A stretch of DNA of 64,000 bases. Source: Trichoplax adhaerens. Its lineage: Eukaryota; Animalia; Placozoa. The first letter of the stretch is position 1. Each line of letters opens with the position of its first letter. Both the position numbers and the translations under genes were made by a program. Shown here piece after piece: positions 11,653 to 23,095 of this stretch. The DNA is taken from assembly GCF_000150275.1 (NCBI RefSeq), contig NW_002060967.1, forward strand, positions 62,001 to 126,000, written 5' to 3'. The notes beneath the pieces were generated by a model, which had not been told where the DNA came from, searched no databases, and saw nothing but the letters and a program-made list of their open reading frames with translations.

Positions 11653-14600
11653 TTAATTTACATTAAAATGCGCGGCGACTGCTGCGACTAAATCAGCTTT
11701 CTTTCCTTGGCACTTGATGTCAGCGGTTTTACAAAATGCCTTCAAGTCGTTTACCGTTAATTTTGATAACTATTGAAATAGGTAATATCAATAGAAGTGC
11801 ATAAGCATTTTCCCTTGTAATCATTAAATTATACGTAAATAGTGGATTGACTATCTATTATAGATCGAATATGTACGGGTACATACCAGCCCTTTCTGCG
11901 CGTATTCTTTGACGTCGATTTCGCTAGTTTCTTGCTTTACTTTCTTAGCTGTTCCTCCGGTTGCGCTTGTGGTCTGAGGGTGACCAAAGTATAGGATAAC
12001 ATTATATCATCCTCAAAATTACCGAGTATATTACAGCAGCCATAGTAGCATGAATTACCTTTCTTTTCGTTGCTCCTTTAAGGCCGGCACTAGCGTCATA
12101 GCCCTCAGGAAAAGTAAGCTCGATAAAATCATTTATATGATGTCCTGCACGCTTATCGATGTTTTCAGCATCAGGTTCTGTCATCATTTGCCCAAAATTG
12201 TATTAATAGAAATTATATCAATACAATACATATAAATAAACATACAATATTTAAAAGTCAACCTCTTTAGATTATAATATATCAACCTATTCTACCGTAC
12301 CTGTATAATCAATAAATTCTTCAGGCACATCGCGATCGAGAGCTAAAGCCTCTAAATTAGAATAATGCTTTTGCAGGGCTAAAAATAGAGTTAGAATTTT
12401 TAACGGTACCTCAGAGAATTGCAGTAATCGTCCATTATTATTTTTAGCAATGTTAAGCAGAAACGCAATGAATGTAAACTACCTGGATTTTCGAATTTAT
12501 CTGGATTATACTGAAAAGTCAATGATTTCACGATATCTTTAGCTTTGTCCACTTGCTCATTCATTGCTAAAAGGGATTCAATAATTAATGAAATTGTAAA
12601 TTTATAACATATATTTCGTCTGGGATCCACTAAATTATAAATCATACGTGCAGGTGTCTCTTCATATTTAAGTTGCCGGAAATCTTCAGCGTATGGTAAA
12701 AATACCACGTTAAATCCAGGTGGTACAACCTGAACTTTATGTTCATCCAATACTTCCTTCTGAGGTACTAAAGCAACAAATTTTGGACCAGAAGCAAAGC
12801 GGGGTACAAATTTGCAAATTGCAACAACATCGCGAGCAAGTGTACGCTCCAAAAGTGCTGAAACTAATCGAGTACTACCAGATATCACCTAATTGTGTTC
12901 AAAGTTATAAAATCATCCTTGATTGCTATCTCCTAATACAGTATTGCTTATTGATTAATTATACTTAAAATCTCTGCTTACACTTTCATCTGGATAAATG
13001 AAATATGATGGGCGGACATGGTAATGACGCTTAACACAATTTTTCGGTTTAAATCCCATTAATGTTAATCCTAGTAAAACAGATACGCGTATACTGTTTT
13101 CATGACTGGTTTATTAATACTAACACATGTATAAATGCGGTACAAGGAAAAAAATTAGAAAATGATCGTTAATTTTATTTCACCATTTTTTCCAAAATTT
13201 TTAATTTCACCAACTTCTTCCTTCTCGAATATTACCTAGAATTATAACGGTAAATAATTGAAATGTACAACTGAAAAGTAAACAATAAATATCCTGAGGG
13301 GATCATGCTAACAGCACTAATTCTATCAATGATACCCTTTCACCGCCAAAGGTCTGATAATATTTAATATCGGCAGCCATTAGCTCAGATCCAGTATCCT
13401 ACAATTATCGGTATTTGAAATTTCAGTAATACTAACGTTCAATACGACGTTGAAATATGCTTACAGTCCATCTTATTATAAAATTCAAATTGTACATGTA
13501 TCAGCGAACCTCACAAATGTGCTTGGTTACAGTTTTAACGACTTGGTTAGTTTTAGAATCTAATTGAACATAGCTCGGCCTTGAAGTTGGTCGGCATAGA
13601 CTGAAGCTGGTAAATAAAATTTAGATATTTATTAATAATTAATTGATATAAATTGTCTAAATACTCACTTTCTAACTACCAACGATTCTACTGTAGTAGT
13701 TATAATTCGAAAACTTACATAGTTACGCCTACTTCCAAATCTTGCCCCAAATTAAGAGGTATCTTCATTAGTGATCGCTTCTTGTGGTCTTTAGCTCGGA
13801 CCCTAAATAGTTAGAATTTCGCTATATCAATTATGAAATATTTTCAAATTATAATTACTATAATTGCTAATAATATACTCACAACTATTACTATTAAAAC
13901 GTCTATGTTTAAGACAAATAAACATTGATTTAGTTTTGAAAATTGTCTTTGGAGATCAAATTTTGTACCTGATCAAAAGCTCGTCGAATTTTCCAGAAGC
14001 ATCAGGTACAGCACCAACATCTTCATCTTCAGGAATTGTAATAATATCCTATAACCCAGACCATGAAAAACAGTAAATAATTTTGCAATAGTATAACTTA
14101 GACCAGAGCAAAAGTAACTTTCTACCTGATAGAATTTAGTAATATCGAAGATGTTATTAGCTGACTGAATATGCATTAATTCAATTTCTATCCCAATATC
14201 GTTTAAATCCTATTTTATCAAAAAACATATGAAATTCCATTATGTTATATATGAATCTTGTCCATACCATGCTACTTTAGCGGATTTATAATGTAGTTAG
14301 TGGATAGATTATTTATACCTTTGCTTTCGTTTGTGCCAGCCTCTAAATTGGTAACGGTGTCAAAACGTTAGTACTAGTAAAAACCCTTCAAAATGTAATA
14401 TTGTGCCGATATTGAAGCTACAAAAATCTAAATTCGAACATCGATAAATTTCTATTCTTAATACTTTGTGTAAGCATCTGTAGTAATAATCATACCTTTA
14501 GTGATAGATTTCCTTCGTGTGGATCGTCGTTATTCGTAAATAACATTATACGTTTGTGGCCTATCTTTTGCTGGCTAAATCAATGGATTCAATATACTCA

Positions 14601-16811
14601 AGGTCAATCATCCCCATGAATGACAAATTGAAATTGATAACTCATTGATATTCTGAGAGTAATTACCTATTAGAAAACATGTGAGAGCATGTCCATAAGG
14701 CATCATTCATGGAAAAGTCATCATTATGTCCATAATTTTCTACAAAATCGGTACCGTCTTCGTCTATAACCAGATAACACAAAATGTACTATTCAATTCC
14801 AATATTATTATTTACTCTCGATATAGTCTAACATACCATAATACTGTACGTAGCTGTGAATGACGCGAAGTAGATTTTAAAGTAAGCAACTAGTGAGATC
14901 ATTGTGTTTTGTCCCTAAACGAACTCTTTACAATTACTGAATTAAAACAAATATCATTGAATGGGTAATTTAAAGTAGTTTCTAGATGACAGTATTATCA
15001 TGATTATAAAAGTGCAAATATCAAATATTACTGCAATATCGCAGAGTTATTTGTCACAACTGCACAAGAGAGTATTTAGCGAATTATATTAATCAATCAT
15101 AAGTTAATTTTAATGTATGAAATGGATAGTTCGGATTATTTGTTGAGACTATTACCTGCTAACATTGTATCTAATTCCAAAATTCTCTGAGCATCTGGTG
15201 AATCTAATTCCTAACAAAAATTCTCATCGTTAATTAACAATTGTTATTGGAGTTCATAAGTTACTCGACATTAGTAGCAGAATGAAATCAATCAATATGT
15301 GTATACTCGTATAGTGCAAACAGATTAAATACGAAAATTGCGTTTATATTTATTTAATAGCATACTTGCAAGACGTGTATGTGCTTGAAGTCTGACGGAT
15401 TACCGGATTTATCCTATTGTGTCAAGTACGAATTAAAAAATGAGTAAAAGTGAAGTTAAGTATATTCATTTACGAATAATAGCAAACAGCTTTAACTATA
15501 TGCAACTGCAAGTGTATACAGGAAGTAGTATGAAACTGGCCAGCTATTACCGGCTTTGGCTGCAACATATATGTATATAAATTGATTTATATTCACGTAA
15601 CTTAACCCGCATATTATAGTACACACCCAATATATTCAGTAGCATTGCGTCATCTTTAGCAGTTAATCATATTCAACGATATTGTAGTGTTTATGTATCT
15701 TGCTATAGCTACTTAAGAGTAAGTTGTAATTGCTTTGTAAAGTTCAAAGTAATAGATGCGTTGACGAGATCAAAACTACACGTAATATCAGAGATAAGCA
15801 TGGTGCTAATTGTAAACTAACCGTTCCGAAGAAAACGATTCCAACCAAATCTTTATCACTACTGACAATTTTATTCATGAGAACACTTCTAGTACACTTG
15901 AGGAAAATAATAAACCAGTTTAGGGATTAGTCAAGGACAATTAATCAATGGAACATATCCAGATGTTACAAGCACAAGTGTTGCTCAGTCATAAAAATTG
16001 CTGTCTTAGAAGCACTTGGTAGTATAAGTGTTTAGGTATTGCATCTTGCATCATGAGCATTGTAATATTCAATTTCAATTTAGGGAAGTTGAACTCAATG
16101 TTGCGAGGTAGATCCAATTATTTTATATTTACCAAGTTGACGTTGACTAACCTTGATGCTCAATTGGAATGGCGTTAAATCGTTACCACCGCTAAGTCGG
16201 AACATTGGCATGCTGCAGTCGATTAGCATAATTAAGCTATCTTTATTTGCCCAACGTATCTGTTAGGGTTTTGAAGAGAGTCAACTGTATTATACACGTC
16301 AAAATAACAACAATAATATTTTTATACAGCAAATTAATCCATTCGATGTAGTATTTGCGTATAATACATTGGGTAGACATCATGCAAATATAGATTGTAC
16401 AGTAAATCGGATATCGCATATACTGTACCTATGTACAATAACTGTCGTAGGTTGTGATTGGTATCATCATAGAGGTTAGTCTTTATTGACCTCTATGGTA
16501 AGAGCTCGGTAATGCTAGTATAGTAGAGATAGGCAAATACTCATTCAATGTGATCCAAAATGATCGAAATTTGCTGAATTGAATTTGCATACATAAGTGT
16601 GCTACCACAGACTGCTATTCATATCAATATACGAATACGTTATAGAGATTGCAAATGGTTAAAATTTTTGCCCCGTACAGATACAAATCGTCTATGACTA
16701 CTGTGACAGTACCTCCTGATCAGCAGCCACGTCTTGACCATCTTCTTCTTCTGCAGTAAACATATCACTTCCTCCCCACATCCATGCTGAACCTTCGCTA
16801 AACGTTGTCAT
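11653..16811 (-). CDS. XRCC6: Ku70, DNA end-binding NHEJ subunit, multi-exon
   Basis: Exon 1 MTTFSEGSAWMWGG... Later exons give KDSLIMLIDCSMPMF, DKDLVGIVFFGT, LDSPDAQRILELD, DALWTCSHMF, KRIMLFTNNDDPH, LMGFKP, VRPSYFIYPDE, ISGSTRLVSALL, QVVPPGFNVVFLPYAEDFR and FENP..LQKHYSNLEALALD, then a SAP-like C-terminus LTVNDLKAFCK...GKKADLVAAVAAHF. Stop at 11653-11655. Confidence 0.96.
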
Positions 16812-17414
16812 CGTATCTCCAATGGCTTCTATGACAATTCAATTTCCCTATAAGCATTGATAACATTAGTTTGGTTCTATTTTTCTCCTTTTCCCCTTCT
16901 GCAAATGATGAGCATCCATGGTTCAATGATACGCTCCAACTACTTTACAGTGTGTAAGACTTTCAAAAAGCTTGCCAATCCATCACAACACCACTAAAAA
17001 CAGTGAAATCAAGTTGCAAACCCTATCCAAAGTTCAACAATATTAATAGCTTACCTTCAACTGCTTAAAATGAATCAATTTATGACTTGATTTAGGAAAT
17101 ACTACTACCAATAAAATCAATTTTGCAATCAATTTTTCTTTGAATCTTCTTTGGACAGTGAAAATGGCAAAGCTTGCGTCTACCTGAGCTCGCTGGTGGG
17201 TGATGCCACTTGCATCTCAACTGCACTTGGCATGACACTGACAGTGGTGTAACGCCTGACAGTTCAGTACTGTAGTGAGTCATAGACAAGTACAGTCTTG
17301 TCTCTCTAATATCTATTTTTAGATGTTGTCGATTTTAAGCGACTGCACTGCGCAGACGCGTTTCTTCTCGCCTAACCATCCACTTCTACAGTTCTACCAG
17401 GGGATGACTACCTT

Positions 17415-17466
17415 TTAGTCAACCATTTTCCCCCTCTTCTTTATAGAGGGGAAAATGGTTGACTAA
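17415..17466. repeat. Near-perfect 22-bp inverted repeat (hairpin/cruciform)
   Basis: TTAGTCAACCATTTTCCCC(C)TCT-tctttat-AGAGGGGAAAATGGTTGACTAA: the arms are reverse complements apart from one extra C. Confidence 0.9.
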
Positions 17467-17881
17467 TCCCTGCTTCTACTAACAGTCGTCTACAGTAGTA
17501 CTCCTCATGACTCCTCATGCAAGAAACAATATGTGGTTAACCCACAGCCTTTCCCAATCAAAACCATGCCAGTTCAGTCAAGCTCTAGGAACATGACTTT
17601 TTTTTATTGGCTATTCGATTGAGGAAGTGAATCCCTACGTGTGCTATCATTTTTTGGACAACAGGGACGTGCTTCTGTTCGGTAAATCCTACTCTACTGA
17701 ACCATCAACTTTGTGGTAGTACATGTTATGCTTCTATTGAGCGTACGGTAACTGCAAAATGCATGGGGAAGAGTTGGAAAATATGAAATCTCAACTGCAA
17801 TTTAATTGCTGTACAGTACACCGATTTGCAAATTTCCCCGCCCAGATGCTATACTGTACTATAGATCGTCCAACATTTGTT

Positions 17882-17888
17882 TATATAA
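17882..17888 (+). promoter_or_regulatory. Candidate TATA box upstream of the repeat array and reductase
   Basis: TATATAA about 30 bp before the first repeat unit. Motif match only. Confidence 0.3.
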
Positions 17889-17916
17889 GCATGATGACGA
17901 TAAACAATTGCTATCC

Positions 17917-18540
17917 ATGACCATCAACTACCGCACTGTACTAGAAAATACTACTTAATTAGTAGCGTTTAGCAGTTCATGGCTGTATCGTGAACAGCTA
18001 GTCGACGACTAGACGGACTAGCTGAAGATCTGTAGTTCTGTACTGTCCAACTTTGATCATTCAACAACGTCCACAATGACCATCAACTACCGTACTAGAA
18101 AGTACTACTTAATTAGTAGCGTTTAGCAGTTCATGGCTGTATCGTGAGCAGCTAGTCGACGACTAGACGGACTAGCTGAAGATCTGTAGTTCTGTACTGT
18201 CCAACTTTGATCATTCAACAACGTCCACAATGACCATCAACTACCGTACTAGAAAGTACTACTTTACAGTACAGTAGTAGCGTTTAGTAGTTCATGGCTG
18301 TATCGTGAGCAGCTAGTCGACGACTAGACGGACTAGCTGAAGATCTGTAGTTCTGTACTGTCCAACTTTGATCATTCAACAACGTCCACAATGACCATCA
18401 ACTACCGTACTAGAAAGTACTACTTAATTACAGTATAGTAGTAGCGTTTAGTAGTTCATGGCTGTATCGTGAGCAGCTAGTCGACGACTAGCTGAAGATC
18501 TGTACTGTCCAACTTTGATCATTCAACAACATCCGCAATG
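17917..18540 (+). repeat. Tandem array of 4 units (147-161 bp) abutting the reductase start codon
   Basis: Units start ATGACCATCAACTACCG at 17917, 18076, 18230 and 18391. The equivalent ATG after the fourth unit (18538) is the reductase start. Each unit contains a CAGCTAGTC...GACTAGCTG stem. Confidence 0.95.
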
Positions 18541-19647
18541 GCACAGACCGATGAAGGAGCCTTGGTTCTTGTGACTGGTGCGTCAGGATTTATTGCAACA
18601 CATGTCGTACTGCAATTGCAACAACAAGGTTACCGTGTTCGCGGTTCTGTGCGAAGTTTAACGAACGAGAAAAAAGTAAAGCCGTTAAAAGAGCTTTGTC
18701 CTAATGCCAAGTTTCCGTTGCAACTTATCGAAGCTGACTTATTAGTCGAAGAAACTTGGCACGCTGCTGTCCAAGATTGTAAGTATGTCATGCATGTTGC
18801 ATCGCCACTCCCATTAGGGAAGCCTAGAAATGAAGAAGAAGAACTCATTAAACCTGCTGTGAACGGTACATTAAATGTGCTTAAAGCTTGTGCTAAAGCT
18901 GGATGTGTGAAACGCGTCGTTATGACAAGCACTGTCGGGGCAATTATAGGAGGTATGAACGGCGAGAATGGACGAGTCTATAATGAAAAGGATTGGGCCG
19001 ATATTGAAACTACCGAGCCCTATTGTAAGAGTAAAACGCTAGCTGAAAAAGCTGCTTGGGAATTTATAGAAAATTGCTCCGATAATGAGAAATTTGAGTT
19101 TTGCACCATCAATCCTTGTGTTACCGTGGGGCCTGTGCTACATAATACTCCATTTTTATCCATGCAAACCGCACTGAAATTATTCGATGGGTCTATGCCG
19201 GTATTGCCTAACTTCAACTTTCCACTGTGTGATGTTCGAGATGTAGCAGCAGCTCATCTTAAAGCTATGATTGTACCTGAAGCTGTTGGCCAGCGTCACA
19301 TCATCTACAATTCCAATATGTGGTATAAGGATATCTCGCTGCTTTATGTACGGGAATTTGGTCCTTATGGTTATAAATTTCCTACCATGGTCGCTCCTAA
19401 ATTTGTATTATGGCTTGCAAGTCTTTTCGATCCGACATTGAAATTAATTATACCATTTTTGAATATTACCACTATCTTTGATAACACCCGTATGAAGGAG
19501 GTGTTAAATGTTCCACCGCGAGATATTAGTCAAGCAATAATTGATTTAGGCTACTCATTAATTGAGCGAGACGTTGTCAAGAAGACACCCGGTTACACGG
19601 GACGGCCAGCTTGTTCAAAACCTGATGACAACCCTACATCATTATAA
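18538..19647 (+). CDS. NAD(P)-dependent epimerase/dehydratase family, dihydroflavonol-reductase/aldehyde-reductase-like extended SDR (369 aa, intronless)
   Basis: Rossmann motif VLVTGASGFIA, GYRVRGSVRS, VMHVASP, LIKPAVNGTLNVLKAC, RVVMTS, catalytic YCKSK (YxxxK) followed by AEKAAW, INP..VGP and DVRDVAAAH. Confidence 0.95.
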   Translation: MAQTDEGALVLVTGASGFIATHVVLQLQQQGYRVRGSVRSLTNEKKVKPLKELCPNAKFPLQLIEADLLVEETWHAAVQDCKYVMHVASPLPLGKPRNEEEELIKPAVNGTLNVLKACAKAGCVKRVVMTSTVGAIIGGMNGENGRVYNEKDWADIETTEPYCKSKTLAEKAAWEFIENCSDNEKFEFCTINPCVTVGPVLHNTPFLSMQTALKLFDGSMPVLPNFNFPLCDVRDVAAAHLKAMIVPEAVGQRHIIYNSNMWYKDISLLYVREFGPYGYKFPTMVAPKFVLWLASLFDPTLKLIIPFLNITTIFDNTRMKEVLNVPPRDISQAIIDLGYSLIERDVVKKTPGYTGRPACSKPDDNPTSL

Positions 19648-20556
19648 CCTAATTGTGTAGTAACTGATTATTTCAGTGTTTTGTATTATATTTATTTGAA
19701 ATCATTTAGACAATAATTATTAGCGAGTCTTTTACGATAACTACTACTTAACTACTTTACTCCCATAACATGACACAAAATAGTCGTTCTATACAACGGA
19801 TTTATAGGATGTATAGTATACGCATGTTGACTACTGTATAAATGCTTGACAATATAATTAAATTGATAAAGCTAAATTTGATGCATTGCGATCATATCGA
19901 CTTTGTTTAAAGAAATTATACATCGTACGTGCATGGTATGATTTTAATTTAAAGGTCGCTTATTTTGCCAAATAGAATAAGTAGACAAAGATCTGGATTA
20001 ATAAAATATTAAAAAATTGAACTTTACATTACGATTTGATGGGATAGAAATTTTTTATATCAATAACTCTAGCACTGCAATAAATACTTGCATCTGAACG
20101 TAGTCGACAAACCACTCGCTTGCTGAGATAGAATTATTGTAGTTTGTATATAATATAGAATGATTTACAAGTATTAAAACTTAACAGTTTATGCTACAAG
20201 CCTCCAACTAGGCAGCAACATTGGTTTCGAATTTAAGGCGCAGCGTGATTTAGAAATATATTGCTACTAATTTACTAGCTGTATCGAAGCTTATCTATTA
20301 AGTTGGAATTATTTTCAAATGCGAGATCATTGATCCGAATGTGTAGGTAGTGGATAAATAAGTATGTCAAGACTTTGGAGTATTTGAATAAACATGTACA
20401 GTATGCCCTCTAACTCCGTACCAAGAAGACTTGATTTTGTTACAGATATAGGCATTGTAGTGTAACACTTCGGTACACATTGCAGTCTTTAGCATGAGTC
20501 TGGATCTTTGCATCATAATATATCGTAGAGTATTAGTCGTTTTTGTATTTTACAGT

Positions 20557-21080
20557 ATGTGCTTGGTTAGTCTTAGAATCGAATTGAACATAGCTCAGCC
20601 TAAAAGTCGGTCGGTATAAACTGAAGCTGGTAAATAAAATTTAGATAATTATTAATAATTAATGATATAGTGTCTTAATACTTGCGTTCTTGCTACCAAC
20701 GGTTGTACTGTAGCAGTTATGATTTGCACACCTACTTCCAAATCTTGCCCTAAATTAAGAGGTATCTTCAATAGTGATTGCTTCTTATGGTCTTTAGCTT
20801 GGACCCTAAATAGTTAGAATTTCGCTATATCATTTATGAAATATTTCCAAATTACAATTAACCTAATTGCTAATAATGTACCCACAACTATTACTATTAA
20901 AACGTCTAAGTTTAAGACAAATAAACATTGATTTAGTTTTGATAATTGTCTTTGGAGATCAAATTTTGTACCTGATCAAAAGCTCGTCGAATCTTTCAGA
21001 AGCATCAGGTACAGCACCAACATCTTCATCTTCAGGAATTGTAATAATATCCTACAACCCACTATACCATCAAAACAGAA
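20557..21080 (-). pseudogene. Ku70 duplicate fragment (first instance, cut by the assembly gap)
   Basis: Diverged copy of Ku70 ~13517-14070 with exons and introns. It carries indels, for example a deletion within the TVKTVTKH exon. Confidence 0.85.
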
Positions 21081-21130
21081 NNNNNNNNNNNNNNNNNNNN
21101 NNNNNNNNNNNNNNNNNNNNNNNNNNNNNN
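21081..21130. other. Assembly gap (50 N)
   Basis: Run of N. Confidence 1.
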
Positions 21131-22186
21131 TTTTGCACACATGTCGTACTGCAATTGCAACAACAAGGTTACCGTGTTCGCGGTTCTGTGCGAAGTTTAA
21201 CGAACGAGAAAAAAGTAAAGCCGTTAAAAGAGCTTTGTCCTAATGCCAAGTTTCCGTTGCAACTTATCGAAGCTGACTTATTAGTCGAAGAAACTTGGCA
21301 CGCTGCTGTCCAAGATTGTAAGTATGTCATGCATGTTGCATCGCCACTCCCATTAGGGAAGCCTAGAAATGAAGAAGAAGAACTCATTAAACCTGCTGTG
21401 AACGGTACATTAAATGTGCTTAAAGCTTGTGCTAAAGCTGGATGTGTGAAACGCGTCGTTATGACAAGCACTGTCGGGGCAATTATAGGAGGTATGAACG
21501 GCGAGAATGGACGAGTCTATAATGAAAAGGATTGGGCCGATATTGAAACTACCGAGCCCTATTGTAAGAGTAAAACGCTAGCTGAAAAAGCTGCTTGGGA
21601 ATTTATAGAAAACTGCTCCGATAATGAGAAATTTGAGTTTTGCACCATCAATCCTTGTGTTACCGTGGGGCCTGTACTACATAATACTCCATTTTTATCC
21701 ATGCAAACCGCACTGAAATTATTCGATGGGTCTATGCCGGTATTACCTAACTTCAACTTTCCACTGTGTGATGTTCGAGATGTAGCAGCAGCTCATCTTA
21801 AAGCTATGATTGTACCTGAAGCTGTTGGCCAGCGTCACATCATCTACAATTCCAATATGTGGTATAAGGATATCTCGCTGCTTTATGTACGGGAATTTGG
21901 TCCTTATGGTTATAAATTTCCTACCATGGTCGCTCCTAAATTTGTATTATGGCTTGCAAGTCTTTTCGATCCGACATTGAAATTAATTATACCATTTTTG
22001 AATATTACCACTATCTTTGATAACACCCGTATGAAGGAGGTGTTAAATGTTCCACCGCGAGATATTAGTCAAGCAATAATTGATTTAGGCTACTCATTAA
22101 TTGAGCGAGACGTTGTCAAGAAGACAACCGGTTACACGGGACCGCCGGCTTGTTCAAAACCTGATGACAACCCTACATCATTATAA
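21131..22186 (+). CDS. Second, 5'-truncated near-identical copy of the DFR-like reductase (probably allelic haplotype or assembly redundancy)
   Basis: Offset 2539 bp from copy 1 with only a handful of substitutions (KKTPGYTGRP vs KKTTGYTGPP plus several synonymous changes). Its start lies in the N gap. Confidence 0.7.
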   Translation, partial: FCTHVVLQLQQQGYRVRGSVRSLTNEKKVKPLKELCPNAKFPLQLIEADLLVEETWHAAVQDCKYVMHVASPLPLGKPRNEEEELIKPAVNGTLNVLKACAKAGCVKRVVMTSTVGAIIGGMNGENGRVYNEKDWADIETTEPYCKSKTLAEKAAWEFIENCSDNEKFEFCTINPCVTVGPVLHNTPFLSMQTALKLFDGSMPVLPNFNFPLCDVRDVAAAHLKAMIVPEAVGQRHIIYNSNMWYKDISLLYVREFGPYGYKFPTMVAPKFVLWLASLFDPTLKLIIPFLNITTIFDNTRMKEVLNVPPRDISQAIIDLGYSLIERDVVKKTTGYTGPPACSKPDDNPTSL

Positions 22187-23095
22187 CCTAATTGTGCAGT
22201 AACTGATTATTTCAGTGTTTTGTATTATATTTATTTGAAATCATTTAGACAATAATTATTAGCGAGTCTTTTACGATAACTACTACTTAACTACTTTACT
22301 CCCATAACATGACACAAAATAGTCGTTCTATACAACGGATTTATAGGATGTATAGTATACGCATGTTGACTACTGTATAAATGCTTGACAATATAATTAA
22401 ATTGATAAAGCTAAATTTGATGCATTGCGATCATATCGACTTTGTTTAAAGAAATTATACATCGTACGTGCATGGTATGATTTTAATTTAAAGGTCGCTT
22501 ATTTTGCCAAATAGAATAAGTAGACAAAGATCTGGATTAATAAAATATTAAAAAATTGAACTTTACATTACGATTTGATGGGATAGAAATTTTTTATATC
22601 AATAACTCTAGCACTGCAATAAATACTTGCATCTGAACGTAGTCGACAAACCACTCGCTTGCTGAGATAGAATTATTGTAGTTTGTATATAATATAGAAT
22701 GATTTACAAGTATTAAAACTTAACAGTTTATGCTACAAGCCTCCAACTAGGCAGCAACATTGGTTTCGAATTTAAGGCGCAGCATGATTTAGAAATATAT
22801 TGCTACTAATTTACTAGCTGTATCGAAGCTTATCTATTAAGTTGGAATTATTTTCAAATGCGAGATCATTGATCCGAATGTGTAGGTTGTGGATAAATAA
22901 GTATGTCAAGACTTTGGAGTATTTGAATAAACATGTACAGTATGCCCTCTAACTCCGTACCAAGAAGACTTGATTTTGTTACAGATATAGGCATTGTAGT
23001 GTAACACTTCGGTACACATTGCAGTCTTTAGCGTGAGTCTGGATCTTTGCATCATAATATATCGTAGAGTATTAGTCGTTTTTGTATTTTACAGT

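Noticed and set aside
18630-19217. Minus-strand ORFs inside the reductase (and their duplicates at 21169-21756)
   Set aside because: They are antisense shadows of a real coding sequence.
20867-22186. 439-aa ORF suggesting an N-terminally extended reductase
   Set aside because: It reads through the N gap. The extension is antisense Ku70 pseudogene sequence.
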